The notes beneath the pieces are model-generated. The model saw nothing but the letters and a program-made list of their open reading frames with translations. It ran no database searches and had not been told where the DNA came from. Shown in pieces: positions 23,301 to 35,300 of a stretch of 64,000 nt of DNA. Position numbers and translations under genes: made by a program. Position 1 is the stretch's first letter, and every line of letters starts with the position of its first letter. The stretch is from Podarcis muralis (taxonomy: Eukaryota), in contig NC_135667.1 of the NCBI RefSeq assembly GCF_964188315.1, positions 23,002,001 through 23,066,000 of the forward strand. Direction: 5' to 3'.

Positions 23301-26300
23301 GGAGAAAGCCTTCGATAATGTGATCTGGGAATTTATGTTGAGAAATTTGGAGGTTATGGAGGTGGGTCAAAAATTCTTTAATGGTATTGAAGCAATATAC
23401 ACAGAACAGAAGGTAAGGTTGATCATAAATAACATCATCACAGAAGATATAACAATATCTAAAGGAACAAGACAGGGCTGTCCGCTTTCGCCACTACTGT
23501 TTATAGTGGTCCTGGAAGTTCTATTAAATGCCATAAGACAAAATAAGCAAATTAAAGGGGTGAAATTAGGTATTAATGAATACAAAGTAAAGGCCTTCGC
23601 GGATGATGTGGTGGTGACTTTGGAAGAACCGATAGAAAGTACAAAAGAAATTTTGGAAGAGATGGAACAATTTGGGAAACTATCAGGATTCAGATTGAAT
23701 AAGACAAAGACTAAAATGATAGTGAAGAATATGGACCAAGATAAAATTGAATTACTAAAACAACAAACGGAAATTGAGGTAGTTAAAAAGATCAAGTACT
23801 TGGGAATTTGGCTCTCAGATAAGAATATAGATTTATACCAATACAATTACATCCCCACGTGGAAAGAAATAAAGAAGGACTTGGAGGTTTGGAACAGACT
23901 GAAACTATCGCTATGGGGAAGAATATCAATGGTAAAAATGATGGTGCTACCTAAGTTGTTATTTTTATTCCAAACTTTACCCATACTAAAAGGTACAAAA
24001 GCTTTTGGGGAATGGCAAAAGGTGATATCAAGATATGTCTGGGAGGGAAAGAAGCCCAGAATTAAATTCAAGTTACTGACAGACATAAAGGAGAGAGGAG
24101 GCTTCGGTCTTCCAGACATGAGACTGTATTACGAGGCAGCATGCCTATGTTGGCTGAAAGATTGGGTAAAACTGGAAGATAAAGAATTATTAGATTTGGA
24201 AGGGTTTAATAACAAGTTCGGGTGGCACGCATACTTATGGGGTGATAAAAAGAGGCTACATAAGGGATTTGGAGATCATATTTTTAGAGGAGCATTAATA
24301 GAAGTTTGGGACAGATATAAAAACATATTAGAACCAAAAGTCCCACATTGGCTATCCCCGTTAGAAATAATGTGTGTTAAGAAAATCAACATGAGAGGAA
24401 AGTGGGGAACATATGGAGAAATGGTTATCAATGAAGGAGGGAAGTGGAAAATGAAAACGTATGACCAAGTTAAAACACTTACATATGACTGGCTTCACTA
24501 TTTCCAAGTTAACGAAATGTTTAAAAAAGAGCTGAAGGAAAGGGGGTATGCAGAAAAAGAATCAATCTTTCAAAAAGAGATAATAAATAGTGAATTTAAA
24601 AATCTATCAAAAATGTATAAAATAATATTAGAGTGGTATACGAAGGATGAGGAGGTGAAGTCAGTGATGGTGCAATGGGCAAAAGATTTGGGATACAATA
24701 TTCAATTGGAGGACTGGGAAAGGTTGTGGAAAGAGAATATAAAATTTACTGCCTGTATGACATTGAAAGAAAACATGATGAAAATGCTCTACAGATGGTA
24801 TTTATCTCCTGTAAGATTGGCAAAGATGTACAGAGTAGACAACAAATGCTGGAAATGTAAACTTAAAGAAGGCACATTCTTCCACCAGTGGTGGGAGTGT
24901 AAGAAAGTCAAAAGCTTCTGGGAAGAGATCTACAACGAGATGAAAAAGATATTGAGGTATACCTTTGTGAAGAGACCAGAGGCCTTCTTATTAGGTATTG
25001 TAGGGAAGGACATCAGAAGGAAAGATCATAAACTCTTCCAGTATGCTGTAACAGCTGCCAGAATGGTATTGGCTCAGAGGTGGAAACAGGAGGAAATCCC
25101 AAAGGTAGAAGAATGGAGAGCAAAATTAATAGAGTACGCAGAATTGGATAAATTAACAGGGAAGATTAGATATAAAAAAGATCAAAAAATTATAAAGGAC
25201 TGGGAGAAATTTGTATGCTACCTGGAAAATAACTATGGTGTAAATACAACGCTGGTGGGGTTTAAAGAGGCTTTGTAAAGAACTAATGAATATTGTTTAT
25301 TAGAAATATAGGAGGAAAGGAGGTGTAAATGGCAATAGGGAAGAATGAAATGTGTACTAAAAGAATAATTATGAAAGAATGTCAGCGACGTTGAAGGAAG
25401 TTGAAAAGGATATGATTTGTTGTAAAAGGGATAAAATGTATAATGAGTTGGATTTAATAAAAGCATAAAAAAAGAAAGAAAAAAAAATAAATAAATACAA
25501 ACAAGTCAAAGGTACAAAAAAATATCCAGAAAAATGTGATAGTACAAATGCATATCAAAATTAAAGGAGGCAAAAACCCCTTTTCCAGGGAGTTCCATAA
25601 CTACTGAGACCATCTCCTGGGTCCCAGCTAATCATATCACTGAAAATGGGAATCAAACAAATCTTAATGCATGGATAGATTAGGAGAACTCCACCAGTGA
25701 CCAAACTGTAAGAAGTAGAGAGCATTGTGGTGTAGTAGGTAGCACATAACCACCCAGAAGCTCTTAGTGTTTTTATATTAACTTTCACCATGTAATACAC
25801 AGTGCCTGTAGAAGTGTCTCCCATACTATGTGTTTCATGAGTCAAATTGTTAGGCTTTCCCAGCCCACGTAATACACAGTGCCTGTAGAAGTGTCTCCCA
25901 TGCTATGTGTTTCATGAGTCAAATTGTTAGGCTTTCCCAGCCCACGTAAGGGTGCAGCTGGGTCACCAGCCAAAGCTGATGGAAAGCACTCTGAGACACT
26001 GAACCCATCTGAGCCTCAAGCAACAGTAAAGGATCCAGAAGTACCTCCAAGCTGTAAACCATTCCTTCAAAGGGAGCACAGCCCCACCCACAGCAGGCAA
26101 CATTCCACCCATTTTGCCTCAGGTGGCAAAAGGCCATGGGCCAAGCCTGGGATCTTTTGTAATCTGAGTTTGGCACATTCCTGTTCCAATACTATTTCTT
26201 TCTCATTGTATCCTCACTATCTTCTCTAATCAGAAGAGAACTCAAGACAATGTACATAGAAATTCCAAGCAGTCTACTATCCAGTGAGAAAGTTGAATAA

Positions 26301-27587
26301 ATCATCAATCACTTTAACAGGATGGTTATGCATTGTACCTTCAGACCATACCTTATAGGAATAGTACTACCCAAAATATCAAACAATTATTAAAAGAATA
26401 AAAAGAAAAACAACAATAATCAAAATTTTCATTAAAGTAAATTACATAAATTCCTTGTAAGCTTTTAACACTATCAAATTAGTGGGTATTAGTGTTGTTC
26501 TCTCAGCACAGCATGGATGGTTTAGAAGTTTCATATGGTATTATTTGCTTGAGATGAAATTAACATCAAGGATGTTGATATTAAGGAAGTTCTTTCTCCT
26601 AGAAATTCATTATCACTTATGACCCCTTTAAATAGGTGGTGATCAACTTCTGGAAGTATTTAAAGTAGCTCTTTACTATTTTCAGATATGGATGCCTGTG
26701 TCAAATGTCCAGAAGACCAGTATCCCAATATGGACCAAACTCAATGCATCCCCAAAGCTGTAAGCTACCTCTCTTACAAAGAAACATTAGGGATTACTTT
26801 AGCTATCTTAGCCATTTCCTTCTCCTTTATCACAACTTTCATACTTGGAATTTTCGTGAAGCACAAGGACACTCCCATAGTCAAAGCTAACAACAGGACC
26901 CTCACCTACATCCTTCTCATCGCTCTCCTTCTTTGCTTCCTCTGCTCCTTACTCTTTATTGGACAGCCTGGAAAGGTCATCTGCCTTCTCCGACAAACAG
27001 CCTTTGGCATCATGTTCTCTGTTGCCCTTTCCAGCACTTTGGCAAAAACCATCACCGTGGTTCTGGCATTCATGGCAACCCAGCCTGGATCCAAAATCAG
27101 AAAATGGGTGGGGAAGAGAATGGCAAATTCCATTGTCCTCTCCGGCTCCTTTCTTCAAGCTGGCATTTGTTCTCTTTGGTTATGTAGTTTCCCTCCATTC
27201 CCAGATATGGACATGCACTCAGTGACAGGAGAAATGCTACTGGAATGTAATGAGGGTTCAACTATCATGTTCTACTGTGTCATAGGCTACATGGGTTCCT
27301 TAGCCATTGTAAGCTTCACTTTGGCTTTCCTAGCCAGGAAGTTGCCAGACAGTTTCAATGAGGCCAAATTTATCACTTTCAGCATGTTGGTGTTTTGCAG
27401 TGTTTGGCTCACTTTTGTTCCAACCTACTTGAGCACCAAAGGGAAATACATGGTGGCTGTGGAGATATTCTCCATCTTAGCATCCAATGCTGGCTTACTG
27501 GGTTGCATCTTTTTCCCTAAATGCTACATCATTGTACTGAGGCCTGAACTGAATAAGAGGGAGCAAATAATAAGGAAAACCAAATGA
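14335..27587 (+). CDS. Vmn2r26-like: V2R gene 2, intact, 895 aa; introns 4 and 5 expanded by L1 insertions
   Basis: Exons 14335-14594, 15106-15397, 16513-17391, 17594-17821, 20200-20326, 26686-27587; GT-AG, same exon sizes and phases as gene 1, no stops. Confidence 0.93.
18349..19934 (-). mobile_element. 5'-truncated L1-like LINE (ORF2 C-terminus and 3'UTR), antisense in gene 2 intron 4
   Basis: Minus-strand ORF pieces ([21 protein letters not shown]; [29 protein letters not shown]) resemble the L1 ORF2 end at 24700-25200. T-rich tail at 18349; 16-bp TSD cccatacagcattctt at 18333-18348 and 19935-19950. Confidence 0.85.
19075..19439 (+). mobile_element. Sauria SINE nested in the antisense L1 fragment
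   Basis: Full SINE sequence; 13-bp TSD tagtataccatct at 19062-19074 and 19440-19452. Confidence 0.9.
20729..21484 (+). CDS. L1 ORF1p, N-terminally truncated (coiled coil, RRM-like region, CTD, acidic tail)
   Basis: Coiled-coil heptads, then [13 protein letters not shown]...[34 protein letters not shown]. Upstream part cut at 20657, with a frame break near 20690. Confidence 0.8.
   Translation: MDEGLKKTKHEIKEMKREEEKMKNEIADLNKIQEEIKDSIAMNELKQREVNLRMRQIPEVQNENIKERLIKEIAQWMGLSEEEVGKTVQNAFRMKIRSNKAKKFPGDCLITFKDREMRNQILQRNRVKRLYIDGNYIIIFKDIPIRLLKRRETYKPLVQLLKKNKIDFRWEFPEGVSFFYKGVKRRLSSLEEIGKFTRRYKELQVEEEEVEGAVGGLNLREEFESKEEEEQVERESEEEEEDEVREEIERL
21517..25278 (+). CDS. L1 ORF2p (APE endonuclease, reverse transcriptase, C-terminal cysteine-rich domain), 1253 aa, uninterrupted
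   Basis: WNVNG, CLQETH, GDMN, SRID, SDHNP (APE); [29 protein letters not shown] (RT); CWKC...FFHQWWEC (C-terminal). Confidence 0.95.
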   Translation: MALKLWNWNVNGMNDKRKRNRIEHMLKKKNLDIICLQETHVIKKHRKILINKRLGNEFVSSDKEKKRGVVLYIKNKIESHQLFKDEEGRIIMAQIKWQGEKLIIVGIYSPNGNKKGFFRLLEEKLFEYMDQKIIIMGDMNGVVSLEMDRLRKTKNKEGKLPKTFFAMTKNCNLVDIWRLRHPLEKQFTYHSEPNQTMSRIDQIWVSKELTPRIQKIEIQAKVISDHNPIEMELKGFEERTFRWRLNDNIWDDQKFVEKAQKNLSDYFRDNMDKGTKMSVVWDASKAVMRGLCIQQNVWKRNNKEKKTKEILEQIMSKEQKLIKKPNNEKIIQEIKILQTQFAMLINKEVEWNIKRLRQKNFEFANKSGKWLAWQVKRRKEQNTINKIEVNGEEITDPKGIRKGFVDFYKQLYRNKERNNKKKIERYLKEKMVKKIPTDQKEQLNAPIGKEEVEEAIKELKRGKAPGPDGFTSSYYKEMKDTLTVPLIKVMNNILKEKDIPGTWKEAFITIIPKQDSDLTQIKNYRPISLLNTDYKIFTGILAKRLKKILVKIIHKDQEGFLPGRQLRNNIRNIVNVIEYLSDRCDKPASLIFVDAEKAFDNVIWEFMLRNLEVMEVGQKFFNGIEAIYTEQKVRLIINNIITEDITISKGTRQGCPLSPLLFIVVLEVLLNAIRQNKQIKGVKLGINEYKVKAFADDVVVTLEEPIESTKEILEEMEQFGKLSGFRLNKTKTKMIVKNMDQDKIELLKQQTEIEVVKKIKYLGIWLSDKNIDLYQYNYIPTWKEIKKDLEVWNRLKLSLWGRISMVKMMVLPKLLFLFQTLPILKGTKAFGEWQKVISRYVWEGKKPRIKFKLLTDIKERGGFGLPDMRLYYEAACLCWLKDWVKLEDKELLDLEGFNNKFGWHAYLWGDKKRLHKGFGDHIFRGALIEVWDRYKNILEPKVPHWLSPLEIMCVKKINMRGKWGTYGEMVINEGGKWKMKTYDQVKTLTYDWLHYFQVNEMFKKELKERGYAEKESIFQKEIINSEFKNLSKMYKIILEWYTKDEEVKSVMVQWAKDLGYNIQLEDWERLWKENIKFTACMTLKENMMKMLYRWYLSPVRLAKMYRVDNKCWKCKLKEGTFFHQWWECKKVKSFWEEIYNEMKKILRYTFVKRPEAFLLGIVGKDIRRKDHKLFQYAVTAARMVLAQRWKQEEIPKVEEWRAKLIEYAELDKLTGKIRYKKDQKIIKDWEKFVCYLENNYGVNTTLVGFKEAL
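25792..25949. repeat. 77-bp tandem duplication in gene 2 intron 5
   Basis: gtaatacacagtgcctgtagaagtgtctcccat...cccagcccac occurs at 25792 and 25869; single copy in genes 1 and 3. Confidence 0.85.
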
Positions 27588-27699
27588 AACATATATGATA
27601 CCATTGTAGCTTAGAGTTATTAAGGCATTTGGGCTTGATTAAGGAAACATTAAGGAAATCCTTGCAACATCAGTGGAGATGGATGCAGTCATAAGCCAC

Positions 27700-28030
27700 A
27701 CCCTCACGTTTCCATAACTTTCACAGCTCGCTCAAATAAACTGTTAGACCTCCAGAAATTCATATAGATAAGGAACCCATCCCATGCAGAAGAATGCGTT
27801 TCTATTTAGGACTTCTAGAAGCAAGCAGCCAGCTGTTTCCTAAACCTGTTTAAGGAGGTAGAAAAAACCTGTTCTAGAGAGGAGAAGCTGGAAAGCCTTC
27901 CTGGACTTTTTTTTTTGAAATGAACATGCCTAGCCATAGCTAAAATGTCTGCAATGCTGTCTATGCAGTTGCACATGTAATTCAATTTATTGTATATAGC
28001 CCAATGCCTTCACAATGAGTAACAGCGGGC
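27700..28030 (+). pseudogene. Degenerate V2R exon-3 relic downstream of gene 2
   Basis: Same relic as 11105-11460 (ctcaaataaactgttag, gagaagctggaaagccttcctgga, atgctgtctatgcagttgcacatg). Confidence 0.7.
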
Positions 28031-29384
28031 AAAGGCCAAGGCTATAGAAGGCAATTACTTCATGTTCTCCTCCAAAATCATGTCTAGGTATTATGTTCCT
28101 TAATTAAATAGTAATTACTTCCTTAATTAAATATATGTTTCTGTTTAACAGTCTGTGTATTAGTGTGGGTGGATTCAAGTTTAAATATTAAAGGTTAGTG
28201 CAAGCTCCATAATCCTGTACCTCAATCCTATATATCTCCAATATATCCCTAAATCGCATTGTGCTCTCAAGGTCACCTCAGTCTCTCATCATTCCACATG
28301 GACAATATTGGTTGCAAGTTGGCTACTTGTTGAATTGTAGTTTCAATTGCATGATCACTTAACTTACACAGAATCCACATGTCTAATCTAGTGAATAAAC
28401 AAATCTGGGACTTTAGTCCACTCCTTGCCACTGACAACAATCCAGTTCCAAGGCAGTGGTGAAGCTTGAACTAACCACAATACCATACACTATCCGTACT
28501 GCCTAAATAATACTTCTGTTGCCCTTAACACCTGCAGTTGCCCAGTAAGAACATGAAAGGTGAATGGTATAATTCAGGAATTAGAATACTTTTTCGGGGT
28601 GTGGGAGTGCGGAGAAATTTCTAAAACTTTTGTCATGCTTGACTACTCACTGGGGAAGTTAGAGCCATCCCTGTCATTGTCAAAATTACTGGTTTCCATC
28701 CTCTGACTTAATTGATGTCTGGAGCCCAGAAACAGGAATAGCAATGAATATCCAAAAAAAGGTATAAAGTCTTCATGCTGCAAACTGGATCTAGGAAGAG
28801 GCATTGCTCTTTCATGCATTTGTTGGGTCAGAAGGCTTGTTCTGCCACTATTTTATTGCAAAAATTGTCCTAGGAATAACCCTCAACACTTTCTTTCCCC
28901 AAGTTCATCTTCTAATTCTTAGTGTGAAGAAATTGGGCAGTGGCTATGTATCGATTAACGGCTCCACTGACCTACACACCCTTGACCTAATTTACCATTT
29001 TGTGGGGTAGGGGGCACACTAAGATCTCCCAACACAACACCCCCCTTTGCAATCCAAGTTAAAGTAATTCATGCCTAGAGGTGAAGATCTATAGCTAAGT
29101 ATGGCAAAAGGGGAAGGAGCTAATATTTCTCACTCACCTTGAGAGAATAAATTGAGGAGAAAGCACACGATATGGAGATGGATACTGATGGGAAATGATA
29201 TATATTTAAATGCACAGCAAAATTGTTACCTAACAGATCAATCAGTAAATCAGTGTAGGAAGAGTATAATCTGAGCTGCCTGGTGCTGACAATTCCAAGT
29301 TTCCAGATTTGATCCCTGTATGGGACAGCTGCATATTCCTGCATTGTCTCATATAATGCTGTGGATGGTTTTGCACATTGAAAA

Positions 29385-32300
29385 ATGGGTATCTCAATTT
29401 GTGGGGAAAGTTTTGGCAACAGGATCATGCTGGTATTCGCATTGCTTCTCATATTCTTGTGCCATTCTGTTTGTGAGAAACATGTTGTGAATTGCAGCAT
29501 ATTTGATGATCCCCTCCCTATTCCTCATGAATTTTACCAGCCAGGGGACCTTGTCATCGGTGGGATTGTTTCTCAAATATTCTTTCTTTATGATAGCCTC
29601 TCTTTCCTGGAACAGCCTACACAGACCATAACTGATGAACCAATGTAAGGCATTACTTCTTCCCTCTCTCACTTTGTAATATGCTCAGTTCATAATTACT
29701 GAGAATGCGTTATCAAGAAATACTTTGATTTATTTACTTTTGGTGTGAGAAGTAGGAGTGAGTGCAATATGTTCAGAGAGGAATTTGTTCATATTGAACA
29801 TTTAGATATACAATTTGTGATAACACATATGACGCTTATATTTGTGCATTTCAATATTATATACAGTTGTGCATTTCAATATTATATTGCATAATTCTAA
29901 GCTACACTACACCTCAGTCTTACAAAGTTACAGTTAATTCATGATGAAGTGTTAATATGGTGTCTTATTGTAGCTGCAGCACTTATTTTTGCGGAAAAAA
30001 CAACAGACTGTAACTCTGATTACAGTTCAGTGCCTAAAAACTACCAGCACATCCTGGCCTTTGCATTTGCTGTCAAAGAGATCAATGAGAATCCCAACAT
30101 CTTGCCAAATATCTCTCTGGGACTCCACATCCTCAATAGCTACTACACTGCAAGGATGACCTATAAAGCTACCTTAAGCCTTCTGTCAACACGACATAGG
30201 TTTGTCCCCAACTTCAAGTGTGACAGCCAGAACAATCTGATAGCTCTCATTGGAGGGTGCATCTCTGAAATCTCTGCCAATATGGCCATCGTTTCAGCAG
30301 TCCATAAGATCCCACAGGTAAGCTTTCTTCATAAGTGTATGGAACACTCACAACTCTTGTATGCTATCTTGATTCCACAACCCTTTCAATAAATTACCTG
30401 TGAACATTTTCCTGTGGACTTCTCCTTATACACATGCTTGGTTGCAATGTTCCCTAATGTAAACTCTTTTGCAAAACATATTCTCTTCCTTAATGCATTT
30501 TTATATGCTATTTTCACTATTATATACATTCTAATGCACACTATGCCTTTCCATATGCATTTTAGCACATATTACTCAGTTGGAAATTTTGATTGCTAAA
30601 ATAAAAGAATGGCAAATTTCAAAGAATCACTAGCTTTTTATTCTCAGGTTGTTTTGAACAAGGGAATAATGTAGGTCCCTGCTTAATCACCCCAGTATGG
30701 CTCCCCTTCATCACACTCACAGCCCAACAATATGACAAAAGTAATGCTGACACAAAACTCCACACATACACTAAGTAGTTTCTTCCTAACCTACCATTGT
30801 ATGCAACAATAAATCTTTAATAAAAATAAATGGGGGGGTGAGACATAAATTTTATTTCTCTTCTGTCCCTACTTATTCCCAGAGCTACAGAGAAACTACT
30901 CTAAATTTCATAAGACTTTGTCAATCCTATAGCCACGTTTTGTGACATTTTGTTATGTAACATGACAAATGTCATCCTGAAGACCACAGACTTGGTGGAA
31001 GCCTAATGTCTCTCCCAATGTAGATAGCTTCAGTCTGGATCACTATTGTGGTTTGCTATTGCAACTTAAGCAAGTGGAAGTGATAATTGATGTGAGAACT
31101 CTAGCAGCATGGCAGCACTGTTTCACTGCCTTTCAGAGCACCATCCTAATGAAAGAGTGCTCTGCCAATTCATTTAGCATGATAGAAGGTGGCCAGGCAT
31201 GCAGATGTAAATGAAATATTTAGAAGAAGAGGCATGTTGCCTGAGACAAGTGCATCCTGGCCTTTGCATTTGCTGTCAAAGAGATCAATGAGAATCCCAA
31301 CATCTTGCCAAATATCTCTCTGGGACTCCACATCCTCAATAGCTACTACACTGCAAGAATGACCTATAAAGCTACCTTAAGCCTTCTGTCAACACGACAT
31401 AGGTTTGTCCCTAACTTCAAGTGTGACAACCAGAAGAATCTGATAGCTCTCATTGGAGGATGCATCTCTGAAATCTCTGCCAATATGGCCATTGTTTCAG
31501 CAATCCTCAAGACTCCACAGGTAAGCTTTGTATATGAGTGTATGGAGCTCTCACAACTATTGTACACTATCTTGATTTCAGCAACCCTTTCAATAAATTT
31601 GCCGTGAGCATTTTCCTGTGGACTTCTCCTAATACACACCCTTGTATGCAATGTTCCTTAATGTAAACTATCTTGCAAAATATATTCTCTTCTATTATGC
31701 AGTTACATGTTATTTTCACTGTTGTTTTAATGCACACTATACATTTTCACATCCATTTTAGCTTATATCACTCAGCTGGAGATTTTCATTGCTAAAAGAA
31801 AAGAATGGCAAATTTCAAAGAATCACTATCTTTTTGTTCTCAGGTTGTTTTCAACACGAGCATTATCTAGGTCCCTGCTTAAATGAGAACTGAATGTTAT
31901 TACTCTTGTATCCCTAATTATTCCCAGTATTACAGAGAAGCTACTCTAAATCTCATTAGACTTTGTCAATCCCAAGTCAGGTTTTGTGACATTTTGTTAT
32001 GTAACATGAGAATCAGCCTCCTGAAGAACCCGAATATCTCTCCCAGTGTTGCCAGCTTCAGTCTAGTCACTGTTGCGTAGTTTGCTATTACAACTTAAGC
32101 AAGCAGGAGTGATAATTGATGTGAGAGCTCTAGCAGTATGGAAGCAGTGTTCCATGGCCTTTCAGGGCACCATCCAAACCAAAGAGTTCACGTGAGGTTC
32201 ATTTGGCATAGTAGAAGGCAGACATGCATGCAGCACTAAATGAAATATTTAGAAGAAGAGACATGTTGCCTGAGACAAGTGATTCAGGGTAGGTCATGGT

Positions 32301-35300
32301 GAAACCAATTACTGGGGAGATCCTCAGAGTAGGTCTTCAAGGAGACATACAGGACCTCCTACAAGTTTATGGTTTAAAATTCTTTTCTATTCTTGTACTT
32401 TTCCTTTCAGCTCACATATGGATCATTTTTGCCACTACAAGGTGCCCAAAGTTTATTCCCATTTCTATACCAGATGGTCCCCAATGAAGCCTACCAGCAC
32501 ATGGGTGTTGTGCGGTTACTTCAGCATTTCGGATGGACTTGGATTGGGCTTTGGGCTGTAGATGATGATCGAGGAGACAGATTTTTACAAACAATGATGC
32601 CATTGTTTTCCATTAATGGTATCTGCTATGCCTTCATCACAAGAATACCCAAATGGAATTATATGGATGAGATGATAAAGTTTGCTTTGCAGCGTTTTGA
32701 AATCTATGCAAATATCTTTGATGGAAACTCCAATAAGGGAAATCCCAGTGTATTCTTTATTTATGGAGAGCCTCCATCATTTCAGAGTTTGAGAATGCTG
32801 CTGTTTTATGCACCTTTCTTCTCACTGCCACCTCTGAGTAAAGTGTGGATTGTTACGTCCCACTGGGATTTTGCATCATACTCTATTCAGAAAAATTGGG
32901 ATATGCAAGCCTTTCATGGTTCTTTATCCTTCACGGTTCCCTCAAATTGGTTATTAGATTTCCATAAGTTCGTTCACAAGTTAAGGCCGTCGTGGGCAAA
33001 AGGTGATGGTTTTATCCAGTCCTTCTGGGAGCAGGCCTTCAGCTGCTCATTCAAAATATCTAAAGGACAGCAAGAGGAAGAAAACAACAAAGCTTGCACT
33101 GGGGACGAGAAGCTGGAGGGCCTTCCTGGAATTCTGTTCGAAATGGACATGACTGGCCACAGCTACAATGTTTACAATGCCGTCTACATTGTGGCACATG
33201 CTTTGCATGCCATAAAGAAAAGGAGCTCCAAGAGTAGAAGGATTATGAAAGGCGAGAAATTGGCATTTCCAAATGTGCAATCGTGGCAGGTAATTGCTAT
33301 TCAACTTTTGGTCCACAGGTAAAAGGATTTGTAAATTTGCATAATTTATTTCTAGAAACATTTTGTTTGGCTGCCTGCTTGTTTTGTTTTGAATAAGCAC
33401 TGCCACATATAATTGTCCTAATATAGAGTTATTTAATGAGAATGACTTACTGTTGAAAAATCAGCAATGCACACTGAATGAATTTCAAGTCCTGGTGACA
33501 TCTCTGCACATATTCTCTTTAAAAGGTGCATTCCTTTCTAAGGCACATCACGTTCAATAACAGTGTGGGAGATTCTGTGCACTTTGATGACAACGGAGAA
33601 TTAGTTGCTTCTTTTGATGTAACAAACTGGTTGATTTTTCCCAATGGCTCACTGGTTAGAGCAAAAGTTGGAAGACTGGAATCTCAGGCTCCTTTAGGAA
33701 AAGAGTTAATAATTAATGATGACCAAATTCTATGGCATCCAAGTTTTAACCAGGTAAGATAGATTAGCTAACTATAAGTATTTGTTGTTGTTGTTTAGTC
33801 ATTTAGTCTTGTCCAACTCTTCATGACCCTATGGACCAGAGTGTGCCGGGCACTCCTGTCTTTCACTGCCTCCCGCAGTTTGGTTGAACTCATGTTAGTA
33901 GCTTCAAAAACACTGTCCAGCCATCACATCCTATGGCTTCCCCTTCTTCTTGTGCCCTCAATCTTTCACAACATCAGGGTTTTTTCCAGGGAGTCTTCTC
34001 TTCTCAAGAGGTGGCCAAAGTATTGGAGCCTCAGCTTTAGGATCTGTACTTCTAGTGAGCACTCAGGGCTTATTTCCTGCAGAATGGATAGGTTTGATCT
34101 TCTTGCATTCCATGGGACTCTCAGCACCACAATTCAAAAGCAACACTTGAGTATGATAAATGAGAAAAATATCAATCCAAAACTGTATATAATGCACATA
34201 TTTGTGAAATAAATGTAGAATACCATATTAGGACAATTTTTTGGAAGAAGAAGGAGAAGAGGATTAGAAGAATGTAAAGGATCTGTCAGCCAAGGAATCC
34301 AGCAATCCTCTCCTTCCCCTATTTAATTCCAAGCTGGAAGAGGATTCTGGTGTTCATAAACCTTGACTCATATTTGATGCAGGCACTTAGAAAGGTCTCA
34401 AGGTTGCCTTCCAAACAGCTTGCCTACATTTTGATTACAATTGGCATTAGTAATGTCAAATTCAACCACCCACAATATGGACATCAGCAATTCTCTACTT
34501 ATTCTTAGGTTTTTAATTCCCTGATGCATTTATGATTCCGTGATGAAGAATGTGGGAATGAGCCTGCTGGCTCTGCTTACATTCTGGGTGCTTGATACAA
34601 TGTATGTGGAGAGATGATTTCCAGAGCCCATGGGTAAAAAATTTACAGCTGAAAATAACGGCAATGGGAATCTCCCCATCCAAATTACTAGAGCAGGACA
34701 TAGTCCCAGCTAAAAGAACAGTAACCTGTAAGCTAGAAGAGATGGACTTGCAGCAGAAAATGATCTTGGGCAATGGTACCTGCTCTCCTCTAAATCTTGG
34801 TTTATTACCCCTCTTAAGGCTCCCAAACTATTTGAATTCCCTAACTTCCTCAGCTCATAGATATGCCTTTGTAAAGGCAAGATTCAACACCTTCCCATCG
34901 AACGTGCTGAGAAATAGATTATCCAATGGACAGATATCGCTCTTATGTGATTGTAATAGTGGGGCACCGGAATCGTTGCATCACATAATCTTTGACTGTG
35001 CTTTTCACTTACCGGCCAGGAGCAAGTTTCTTGCTCATATCTTAAGGGAATTGCCGATGATACGATTGAAGCCAAACTGAGATATCTACTAATTGATCAT
35101 GACCCCCTAAAATCACTCATGGTTGCCAGATTCCTGATCAGCGTCCTATCCCTAAAGAAGAGAAACGGTCTCCTGTGTGATTCGGATAACCCCTTTAAAA
35201 CATGACCTATGTTTTAGGTAATATCACCATTGTTTTAAACCATGATCTATGTTTTAGACGATATCACCATTGATATCCCTGATTAATTTATGAGCAGAGG

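Larger units (their letters stand above)
20657..25484 (+). mobile_element. L1-clade LINE, 5'-truncated within ORF1, intact ORF2, sense in gene 2 intron 5
   Basis: ORF1 remainder and ORF2, 3'UTR with AATAAA and A-rich tail. 20-bp TSD aaataaataaatacaaacaa at 20637-20656 and 25485-25504. Confidence 0.95.
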
